DNA from: Bugula neritina
Lineage: Eukaryota > Animalia > Bryozoa
Assembly: GCA_964035545.1 (NCBI GenBank)
Contig: OZ037765.1
Span: 5,218,698 to 5,282,697, forward strand
DNA length: 64,000 bases
Direction: 5' to 3'
The notes beneath the pieces are model-generated. The model made no database searches. It saw only the letters and a list, made by a program, of their open reading frames with translations, and was not told the DNA's origin. The position numbers and the translations under genes were made by a program. Shown piece by piece: positions 11,526-41,720 of the stretch. Each line of letters opens with the position of its first letter. Positions within the stretch are counted from its first letter, which is position 1.

Positions 11526-13959
11526 GATAAATTATACAAAAATCTTCAGTAATTAAAGTTACAGTGAACAGATATTCTGAACCTGCTTTTCAAAACCTAA
11601 ACCTTTATTGAAACTAGCATCTGGCTGCTTCACTGATAGACCTCTCTCTCCCCCCCCCCCTTGTTAGATTTTAAAGAATTAGCAATTTCATTAAATAATT
11701 ATAAAAATGTAACAGTAGCTTGTGTAGTGTTTTTTAATTTTTTTTCTAAATATAGATTTTGAGATTTATCTTTTTTCAACTTTATTAAACTAAATTATAC
11801 TAGTAAATTTAAATAAATCAATAATTTTTCCAAGAAACTTGTAAACATTGCTAGCTTTTATGGCTCCCAGTAAAAACAGGAAAAAAGATATAATGCTATC
11901 AATACCATGGCCTAAATGGAAACTTAATGCCTAAATTTAAAGTTCTAAAGTCTTAACAGGCAATAGCAATAATGCTTCATGGCATAAAAAAATTTATGGT
12001 TATATAATATGCCATCATAAATTAAACTAGCCCTAAAATAAGTAAGATAAATTGATGACCGTTTTTATTTTGGAAATTCTTAATAGGTCATATGTGATTA
12101 TAAAATACTGCGCTTTAATTGTTTTAATCGTAAATTTATAAAGAAAATTGTTCAATTCTGAGCTTTGCTCCAAATAAATTGTGAAAAACTTAAAAAATTG
12201 AACAAAGCAAATTAGTTAGTGTTGAAAAACGGTGAGACATTGACTAAAGCAACCAATATTGACCATTTATGAGGTGACAGCAAAAACTGCAAGTAAATTA
12301 ATTCGGATTTGTTCTCTTTTGAAGTTTACAGAATTTTATACAAATTTAATATAAGAACTACAATGTCTCATAATCTAATATTACTTAATGTCAATCCGTT
12401 AAAACTGTAAGATGATTTTTTAATGTATACTTAAACCAAAATTTTATTAGCAATTATTTAGAGTTTTTTAAATCAACAAAGTATGCATTTCCTAACTGAA
12501 AAGAATATTAAAAATAAAATTTTAGACATAATCAATAATGAATTTACGTTTAACATCACAATGAAGTTAAAACATTTATCCTTTTTCATTTTTAGCATAG
12601 ACCATATTTAAAATGAATTTATTCTGCTAGATACAAGGTATCCAACGGAATACAAAGCTCTTTCTTTCAAAGTACCTCTTTTGTTTCAGAAATTTCCCTC
12701 ATAGATGCACTAAAATAACACTAGCATATTATATGATAAGGCAAAGTAAATTGCTAGTTATTACTTTCCACGCAGTTTAAAACTACGGTTTGAGTAAATA
12801 CCAAGCTGTAAATTATATACCCAATTAAATGTTAAATCTCAAATGCAAACTTTTGACTACTTTGTCCTCTATTCAAGTTGAACTAAACTGAAATAAAACA
12901 AAGATTTTCAACAAACTATTATGTAATAAACCCGCAACTATAAAATTGTCCCCAATATCTTAGCTAATCGAAAAGCAAATGCTTTAAAAATCAAAGTAGT
13001 AAATAACCACCCAGTCCTATATTTGAAATGCGCTTTTAATAGCGGTTCTTCAAAAAAAATCTTTTTTCTCTTAATACAAAGCAACTAAGTTTAACAGAAA
13101 TAACCTTTACAGTATAATCTGTCAAAATTTGGCTGAATATTTTTTTTCACCTAAAATATGATTAGCTTTAATTTCATATTTTGGGATTTATTAAGGCTCA
13201 TGGGTTAATAGGCTTGCATAAAACTAAATTGTTATTACAGGTATTTCTTGCTTTGTAAAAAGCTAAAAATATTTTTGCTATATATTGTACATGCTTTAAA
13301 TTAAACTTTTCTTGAAATTTAGTTTTAATATTTAAAGCTTTAAAAATGCTTTACTTAATATAGTATTTATTGATTCTTTTCTTTTAAACTATGATAAAAT
13401 TTTAGCAAATGAACTGCCTAAGCATTTAAGTATATTTTTCAAGTGTTACTGTATCTCCTACATTTTTATATTAATATATTAGTAAAAATTACAAGTTTCA
13501 GTGACAATTCCTGTTTATGGGCTGTATACAAGTTTAAACAATAAAAGTACTCATTATATCTTCAATCCATATAGTTTTGTGCATTTTATTTTGTAATCCT
13601 CTATTGAGCAGTTAAGTTTTTATTACTTCAAATGAGATAAAAACAATAGTAGCAGTTTTATTTAACAGTTTCAATATAATAGCCAAATAAATAGCATTAG
13701 AGAATGTTTGGTAAATACATTCATTATGAGTTAGAATCAGCATTTTAGTGTTGCTGAACCCTTTCCCATTTCTTAAACCCAGCAGATGAAAATGTCCCAA
13801 TTAGCAAAGTTTCATGAATTTAAACCAATTCTGCTTTTGGTCTTAACTCGCTGGTGTAAACTAAACAAAATAAAATGACCCAAACAGAATTCAATGAATA
13901 AAGACATCTTGAAGGATGCTAAATATGCATAATTTAAAACTCTAGAAACGTGTGCTCCT

Positions 13960-14034
13960 CTGATTGGTTAAACCTTGTAAGATGCTCTTTCATTGTTTGG
14001 TTTTCACATAAAGAAAAATCTGGTATAAAAAGCT
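13960..14034 (+). promoter_or_regulatory. Putative core promoter of ARID gene 2 (CCAAT plus TATA)
   Basis: TGATTGGTT at about 13961; TATAAAAAGCT from 14024, about 85 nt upstream of ATG 14108. Confidence 0.4.
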
Positions 14035-14107
14035 TTCAGCAGTTGATAGCTAGCAAACGCCATCGTAAAACTAACACTGGTGGTGAGAAATATTGTACAT
14101 CCAAACT

Positions 14108-16283
14108 ATGTATTCACTTAATTCAGGCGTGCAGGCTTTAATGGAAAATCGAATGAAAGAAATGTTTAAACCGGTAATGTATTACTTTACACAATCCATT
14201 AGGCAGTTGATAAGAGTTTTGTAATATAAATATATTTGAGGTGTTTTTCAATTAAAGTTTCTTCAATCCATAAAGAATTTATAGTTTTTTTTATATTTAG
14301 CTTAACAGACTCACTACCTTAGTAACTTAAGTAAGTGTAAATCTGTAAACTGGGGCAATTAATACTATGCCTTTATATAGTTCTTTAATAAATTAATGTC
14401 TAATTATCACATTTATAGATTTCAATGTTAAATTTTTCAGCTCTTTGAAATAGATGCTGAGGACCCAGAAAGAAAAATATTTTTAAACGAGCTGATTCAG
14501 TTTTATGTGAGAAGCAGAGGTAATAGCAAATATCAAATTAAATTTCTGTATAACTAGATTTGGTGTTTTCATAGTTTACACTTTTATTTTATTTAATTAT
14601 TTGTTGTATCTTTTTGCTGTGTTGAAGCTTATAATTGAATACATAAAAAATAAATGAAGTTTTTAAAATGTTTCACAACTGTTTACGTTCAAGTATCATA
14701 GCTTATCTTATTTTAAAAGCTTTCCGAATTGCTTATGGCAATATTTTTTCTGTTTGCAGCTTGTGTGTATATAAAAAAGCTGCCCATTTATGAAAGGAAA
14801 GTGTTGGATCTTCATTTGCTTTACAAGGCTGTTCAGGAACGAGGTGGCTGCCTTGCAGTAATCAAAACGAAAAGCTGGAGGGGTGTTGCTGAGTCAATGA
14901 ATTTATCCAGTGGGAACACCGGCAGCTCCTCTAAGCTATGCGATGTGTAAGTGTGTAGCTATAAACAGCTAGCTGTTGAATCCTTCAACAAAGTGATAAT
15001 ACAGTTAAAATAAACTGCATTGATTGTTTACATGATTTTTTAGCAAACAAAATTATTTAAAACTTCAACTTGCGTTAAATGACTTGGTTTAGCTTTTGAA
15101 ATGCAAATATTCTGAGTCAATAAAGCATTTAATCAAAATTTATTTTTTCATTTTTAATTGTATAGTATGTTATATTTGTAGTATTTAGTATATATGAAAC
15201 AGTATTGGCATTTCATTTCAATATTTATTAGAATTTTTAGGTAATTTCTTATTAAACAAATTGTAACAACTTTCGTAGCACTGGCAAGTTGTACTATTGT
15301 TCTACTATTGTTCTGTCTGATAAGTTTGGGTTGTCATTGTTTTAGGTACCAAAAATATCTGCTTGGGTTCGAGGAAAAGAAACTTAACTACTCCACACAA
15401 GCAGAAGTTTGTGAGGCCAGATTGGCAAATAAAAAGATAAAAACAGGTAAATGTATGTCTGCAAGTTGACATGATTAATACAGTGTCGTAGAAATGTAAG
15501 CTAATATGGCTGGATGCTGCTTTAGCCAAACTTCAACTTTTTTCTTTCAACTTGGCAGATATTTATTCTTTTTTGTTAACATTATGTCTGCTTTAGAATT
15601 TTTCAGCTCAGTTTATTAATGTTTTATTTTCTTTTCTTTGTTTAAGGGATATTACAAAGAGAGAGGAGACCAGTGCTTAATGCTCAGTCCCATTTTATGA
15701 CAGGAAACTTAGCCGCAGCTTCGTTACTTCCACTGTCACTGCACTCCATGTTGAATCCTCAACCTAATTTTTTGCTGCCAGGTATTGCCAGGGTTTTCTG
15801 TTACATTCATTTTTTTGTTATGGGGTTATCTTTGCAGTGATGATTTCATTCAGTGGTCCTCGTGGTGTAATGGTTAGCGTTAGCACGCTTGCTTGCAGGC
15901 CAGAGGTCTCGGGTTCGATTCCCAGTGGGGACAATTATTTTTCAATCTTGTAGAAAAATAAACATCAATAAAAATCTTTTAACATTGCATGCGCTTCAGT
16001 TTCAGCAACCTTAAAACTTTTTTACTATATATTTCTATACTGTTTAGGGTTCACAGGAAATAATTTGGCTGCTGGCTCCATCACCCTGCCACATCTCACT
16101 AATCTACAGGAACTTCAGCTACCAAGTATCTTGTCAAATGAAGTTCAACTACAAACAACTTTGGGATACGGCATGCCGCAGTTTCCCACTAACAATGAGC
16201 CAATTGCTGCCGTAGATGCCAGCCACAACTATAATAATGGCTTATTCCATGCTGTTGCAAATCTTCAATCCACCTATAAATAA
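14108..16283 (+). CDS. Diverged short ARID-domain protein, tandem paralog of the upstream ARID3-like gene
   Basis: Exons 14108-14173, 14441-14519, 14760-14946, 15346-15446, 15647-15781, 16048-16283 splice in frame without stops. ARID: MFKPLFEIDAEDPERKIFLNELIQFYVRSRACVYIKKLPIYERKVLDLHLLYKAVQERGGCLAVIKTKSWRGVAESMNLSSGNTGSSSKLCDVYQKYLLGFEEKKLNYSTQAEV. Intron positions and phases across the ARID match gene 1. Confidence 0.8.
15835..15942 (+). mobile_element. tRNA-derived SINE-like repeat, family A (intron 5 of ARID gene 2)
   Basis: ggtcctcgtggtgtaatggttagcgttagcacgcttgcttgcaggccagaggtctcgggttcgattcccagtggggacaattattttt; intact A and B boxes, internal GTTAGC duplication, imperfect acceptor and anticodon stems. 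Confidence 0.72.
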
Positions 16284-18851
16284 TAATCATTTTAGTAAAA
16301 CAGAAAGTGCTATAAAAAACTTATATTCTACAAACTTTTTCCTACAAATTAGGTATACATAATGTTTGTATGGCTAAACATTTTCTTTAGATATCATAGT
16401 TATAATTTTAGTTATGCTAATTTTATTCAAAATACTGTTTCATAAATATAATATTTAACACTTCCAAAAATCAACTATTCTTATTACAAGTATTATGCAG
16501 TTGTGAAAGAATATTATAATCTGTTACTAAAAGTAGTGCTATGACAGCTGAAGTTGACATGAAGAAGTAATAGATAGTTTTCAATATCAAATAGTAAAAT
16601 GTACTCAGAAAAATTGTGTATACATATTTTGCTGTTGCTTCATTTTGACTCATAACTTTGGCTATAGTAAGACAAAAATACCCATTGAGGCTACATTACA
16701 TCATTTTGCTCAAATTGTATGTTGTAGGGAACAATTGAATCAAATTTTTTAAGGGTTTCAAGTTGTTCTCCTGGCCGTAGCTCTACATCGTTGCTGTGTT
16801 CACTGGCTCCACTGACAGAATGGTTTATATTAATATTTATTACGAAGGAGAATATCCATTATATCATAGCTGAACACTGTTAGTAGCTGAGAAGCAGATA
16901 TTACAGACTACTCAGGTATTACGAGGACATCATATTTAATGTTTTTATTTATTTAACCTTAATTCACTGACAAAACAATTTACAAATACAATTCGATTCT
17001 AAATAATTTGAAATATTTATTAAACATTGTACCATAAAGCTTAACTGAATGTTATGAAAACAGAGACCACTTTTCAACAGTCATTTAGCTGTCAGAATGT
17101 AGGAGTTGGATAGCAAGTGCACAGGCATTGACAAAATAGTACGGACGAACTCGTATGTGAATAAAAGCTTATTTCATGCACATAGCTACTGCATATACTT
17201 CTTTGTCAGCTGATGAGATTAACTGTCTATTTAACAAGTTTTAACTCCATAAACTGTTCTCCATTGCCACTTTTTCAAACAATGTTGAATAATTTTAATT
17301 TGTGTTTTCATGACTCAAATTACACAATGGATTCTTTATTTGTCTAATAGAAACAGTTACATTGAAGAAAACTGCAACCATAAGTTAATGCAAACTGCAA
17401 ATTACCACAATTCATCCATCTGGGCATCCATTTTCATTATAATGGGAAGTCTTGAAACGCATTGTTGGAAAATGCTAATGTTATATAATTATAGCATTAC
17501 TTGAAAGCACGTATCTTGTTATTCCATAGTGCTTTCTTTTGATCATTGTGTTTTAAATAAAGCTAAAAGAAGTATAATTATGGGATATACTGACAAACTT
17601 AAGTACACAGGTTCTCTTTCAGGTCAAATATTGGGTGTCATTCCAGATAGACGGTATTCAGTTAGACAACTCCAAATATTGCTATCAAATCTATGTGCAG
17701 ATGATCTCAAATATATTTGACCACTTTAAATTTATTAAAATTGAATGAATGCATAATCTAGAAGAACTTTATACTATATTGTATTATCTAAGAAAAATTC
17801 CTGCTGCCCAAACAGGACAAATCGAAAAATATTATCTAAGAAATATAAGGCACTTTATGGATATAATGGGTCCAGTAAACTGTTTGAGCAATAGTTTCAA
17901 TGAGTCATTTTATGCGTCTATGCACATTATAGATTCCGATGAAACCAAAATAAATGCAACTTAGTATCAAATGTCTTGTTTTTAATTCCTAATGCTTTTA
18001 AATAAAGTCATCTAAATGAAGTTGTATGGTGAGGGGGGCTCGTCTAAGTATTTTATTTAATTATATCTTCATCAAATATACACTAAAAGATACAGAGTTG
18101 TCTTTTCTATATTTGTAGCATAAGAATTTTTTTTCTGCTATTGACTATGACTTAAACCATTTTGAAGACTGCATGATAATAAATTTCTGCTGCCATGGTA
18201 GAAAAAATTTCAAAATTTTAACCGTGAGAGGATCGATGAAGTTCTTTGGATTTTAAGCACCAGAAGTGTTTGCTGAAGTTTGAAGATTTTAAATTTGACC
18301 TCGAAACAAGACCAAGTGTAAAGAGAGTGAGACTGAGGGGCAATTAAGGGAGATCTGCTAACCATAACAAGTTTGTGCAATTTTATCGCATGGTGCTAAT
18401 ATTAGGTAAGTCATGCTTGGGAAGAGAATAACCCTGATTTATAAATTGCATGTTTGCACTTATGGTAAAATATTATTTTGCTTTTATTTTATTCTATGCA
18501 GTTACTAAGCCTATAATATTATATCCAATACTGTAAAATTATTTTTTATTGTTTAATAAGAAGTTGATTACTGCGCAGCAATTTATGCTACTCTGTGCTA
18601 CAATGGTGCACGCAGGTGAGTGAAATTTATAAAATATGCAATTTTTTACATTTTCAATAGCTATATTTAAAAAAATGGTGATTATAGTAAAAAAATTATT
18701 ACAATTTGTTATAAAAGTGTTATATATTTACAACTTCCTGGCTCAAAATCTTTACATCTCAAAAAACACAAAGCATTGTATAAGAAAACTACAAAAAAGT
18801 GATAAAAATGTAAACAACTTAATTTATTAAAACCTACAATTTTTCATTTAT

Positions 18852-37625
<18,774 letters not shown>

Positions 37626-37867
37626 TATGATCAGCTCTTTCGTAAAGACACAATATTATATCAAGTTACTAAAACAGAAATGAAGAGAATCGTACTATTT
37701 TGTGAAGACAGAAGTGTTGCTGTGAACCTCTGCTTTGAAGTGCTTTAAAAGGATTTTTTAGGCTTCATGTAGACTAGAAGACTGATTAAACTCAGGATTA
37801 GGCCTACTCAAATTACATATTAGCACTACAACGCTGTTTGATTGATATAACCTGATTATTTAATGCG

Positions 37868-38064
<197 letters not shown>

Positions 38065-41000
38065 TCATATATATTTATGTGCACGCATTAGACAATTAGG
38101 TTATATCACATTTGTTAATTTTGACACAGAAAATTCCGCTCATCCATCAAACATGCGCTGCTAAAATTCCCTGAACAGCTCATTATTTTAAGGCCACCAA
38201 ATAACAAGTTTCTCTTACATGCCAGACAATTTCTACTATATATATAAAAGATGGTACCTGAAAAAATGTTTTGCGATGTCGTTATTTAATGTTAGCACAG
38301 GCCCATGGTGTAATGCTGAGGATGTATGTAGACCTGCAGGACCTTTTGCTCTACAAAATTAGATTTTGAAGGGAATATAAACCTGTTAGTCTGGCAAAGC
38401 GCAAAAGTTACAAAAAGCTTCAAAAAATATTTGCGTAAAGTTTTAAAGATGGTATAAATCCAAATCACAGCAATTCAGCTAACTTTAAATCTTCTTGGCT
38501 AAAGCAGGCAATTAAAATGCGTAATATGTCATTATTTACATATATAACCACATTTCACTAATCTTAGTTCCTAATTAGCAATACCACCATTTATTTCATA
38601 TACTTTAACAACATTATGTCATTGCATAACATGATATCCTTTCATCGTATACTGTCGCAGTATACAGATTCTCATTTTCTGTTCTATGTATTTATATTTC
38701 ATTTGTGGTAGTTGTTACAATACAAAAATTTGTAATACTAATGCTTGAGCCTTACATAATCTTACATCTAGATTTTAGTTGTCATTGAGTATTCGCATCA
38801 TTTACAAGTTACAGCTTTGCTTGGTCTCTTCATGAAGAGTAATTAAGTTTTGCCATTTAGTGAATCATGGATAAAAAAAGGTATATTTTTTACGAAACTG
38901 CAGCTGCATATAATTACTTAAAGTAGTAACTTGTACGGTTTAAATTTGCATGAAGTCTTATTTTAAATTATTATATAAATGCTAAACTGTACATCCTATT
39001 ACGGTTGTGACAAATTAATTGCTTGCATTTTGTGGCATGCAATACTAAATGCTTATTAGTTTGGTCTAGCTTTCCTGTGGGCAGAGAACTAAAGAGGATT
39101 AATTATCAATTATTATACACCAGTGTATCTCTAAGGTAATTTTTCAATAAGCTATAGCACAGGAATCAAACATGCATGACAATTTGAAGTAGAATGTTAT
39201 CAATAACATCAGTAATGATCTCAAAAGTAGCATCTTTTAATTCAGTAAAACAAGAGTCAAGTTTTATAGAACACCTGGCCAGTCATTATGGCTGTTAAAT
39301 CTAGGTCAAGCTTTAAATTTAAGTTAGACCTTAAGTTTAGGTCAAATATCTACTATTTTCTTACTAAAGTTGATTCGTTCCTATATAATGATTATATACC
39401 AGGCTTAAAAAAACTTATTTGAAAGCGGGCAAACAAACTGTTTACAAAAAATGAGAAACTCTCTTGGAGATGTTTATTGTTTACCAAAATATTTTGGAAA
39501 ATAATTTCAATTATAGTTTAGATTTTTTTAGTATTCACATTTATTTCTTAAACTATTGATCAAACAGATTAGACTATAACTACATTATAATAATTTGGAA
39601 TGTAGTATTTTGTGTTGCAAACTTTACATGCACCAGTCTACCAGGCACAGCCAATGTTTGACTGCAATTCTCAGGTATAGGTTTTACTTGGTAGCAACAA
39701 GCTTCAGTACCTCTGTTTCTAAAAAGTTGTTTTGCTATCATTATTAGCTTTTTTATTATGCTACAGTGACAGTGTTGCTTGTTTATACTGTTGGCTTTGC
39801 GTTTCCTTGGTGCACAAATTTTATACTGCAGGTGTAGATTAAGTTGTTGTCAAACTTTGCATTAATAAAACAGCTGCTATATAAATAGCATGCAGTAGCT
39901 GTCTAACCAATTTACTATAGTTTGACTAGACAAAATAAGAAATTTCATGATCATTGCTTGAGATTTTGCACATACAAATTAATTATTCTGGTGCAGTGAA
40001 CATAGTAGTAATACTGAAGCATACTTTTCTCCTTAGTATAACAAACATATGTAATACAACTAGAAACAACTTACGTTGATTATCAAATTGAAAACTCCTT
40101 TAGTCTACTTGTAGGAATACATCATATGGCACTGTAGCATAAGTCTTCAACGAAAGCAACCCGTTTTAGTTGGAATAGGTTAAACTTGTATAATACCAGT
40201 ATACATACAGAGTGTAGAGAATGAACAACTATATGAATCACCTATGTTCCGCTCTATGACCCAGGAATGCACTTGTTGGAGAATTTAAGTTGCTCTTAAG
40301 GTATACTGTATACTCCCTATTAAATTACAGCATAATTAGTCCAAAGTGTAATCGAGTGTGTAGACAGGATTGTTTACTCATGCAGATTTGAAAAATCCCT
40401 TCCCAACTTAAAGACACACATACTAGTAGAAAGCAGAGAAATTTTGGTAAATAGTTATCTTCTATTATGAAGACTTTTGGCATGATGTAGCAAAGTTGCA
40501 TAATAATAATTAGAAATACCATAAGATTTTACATAATATATACATTAATTGTGATATACTTATTTCTAATATTGCATTTTTTGTCTTTTATTATATAATA
40601 TATTATAATACAGCTGTATGATAACAGTTTCTTACGATAATATAACATCAATTATATATAAATGAAGTATAAAGCAAATACGTGGTGTTGTTATTTATGC
40701 TAATTCATTAATAGCAATTAAATCTTTGGATGAGTTAAAATTTTGAACAGAATTACTTTTACCTTTCACCATAGGCTTGTGGTTGAACCTGAATTCAAAG
40801 CTGTCCTCTAACCATCTTACTGTATTTTGTCAATATTGTTAAGATCAAAAAGAAACCTTAGGTGTAGGTTTAAACTAGACTAATTAGAGAAATATTATGG
40901 TTCTCTAACAAAAAATGTTTACAGGCAAATTATACTTTAATTGCAGTGTAAATTTTGCAGGGGATTATTTAAATATATATTTATAGGACCGTACATAGAA

Positions 41001-41720
41001 ACAAATTGTCTTTGGGACGACAACAGTTATTGGTTTGATCTCCGGATTATATTAAAGTTTTTGTTTTAGAAAAAAACATTATAGAGCTTTCTAATGCAAC
41101 AAAATTACACTCATAATACAAAAGACATAAAAGTTTTGAAAGTGTTGCAGTGTATAATATAGAGAAAGATATAAAACTCTTGAACTTTTTTATATTGAAA
41201 ATGCCATAAATAAAATATTAATTACTATATTGCTAGAAGAATAAGTTAATTTCTTGTAAAGTTGCTGTTGATAGCTTTATATCTTAAATGCGATGCCTGT
41301 CTATAAATTGTTTGATGAGAATTTTCTTGAAGTTATTTGCCCTAATAATGTTTAAAGCTTAATGAGAGTGAATGTTCAACTCATCAAATATTTCAAAATA
41401 ATATTTATATCATGTTTGACCAGCATGTATGGGAGTGCCTTATAATTCAGACTACGGGATGCAAATTTGAAAAAACCTATATAAGTATAGAATCATTTGC
41501 GCTACTAGTATTTTGGCTATGATGATCAGATTTTGCAAGATTTGGAAAGATTTGGCCTCTGAAGATCAACCAGAAAATCATTGAAAAGTGTTATGTTAAC
41601 GGAGTTGTCTTTTCCTAAACGCTATTTTCACTTTAGAAATTTCTACGTTGATCTCTCGACAATTGTTTAAATAAGTTTTACTGAAATAAATCAGTGTCCA
41701 ATAAACTAACTTGCATAATT

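Noticed and set aside
17210-17240. Hammerhead ribozyme cores at CTGATGA motifs (also about 27058, 37384, 52316)
   Set aside because: No stem II followed by GAAA and no flanking helices were found by eye.
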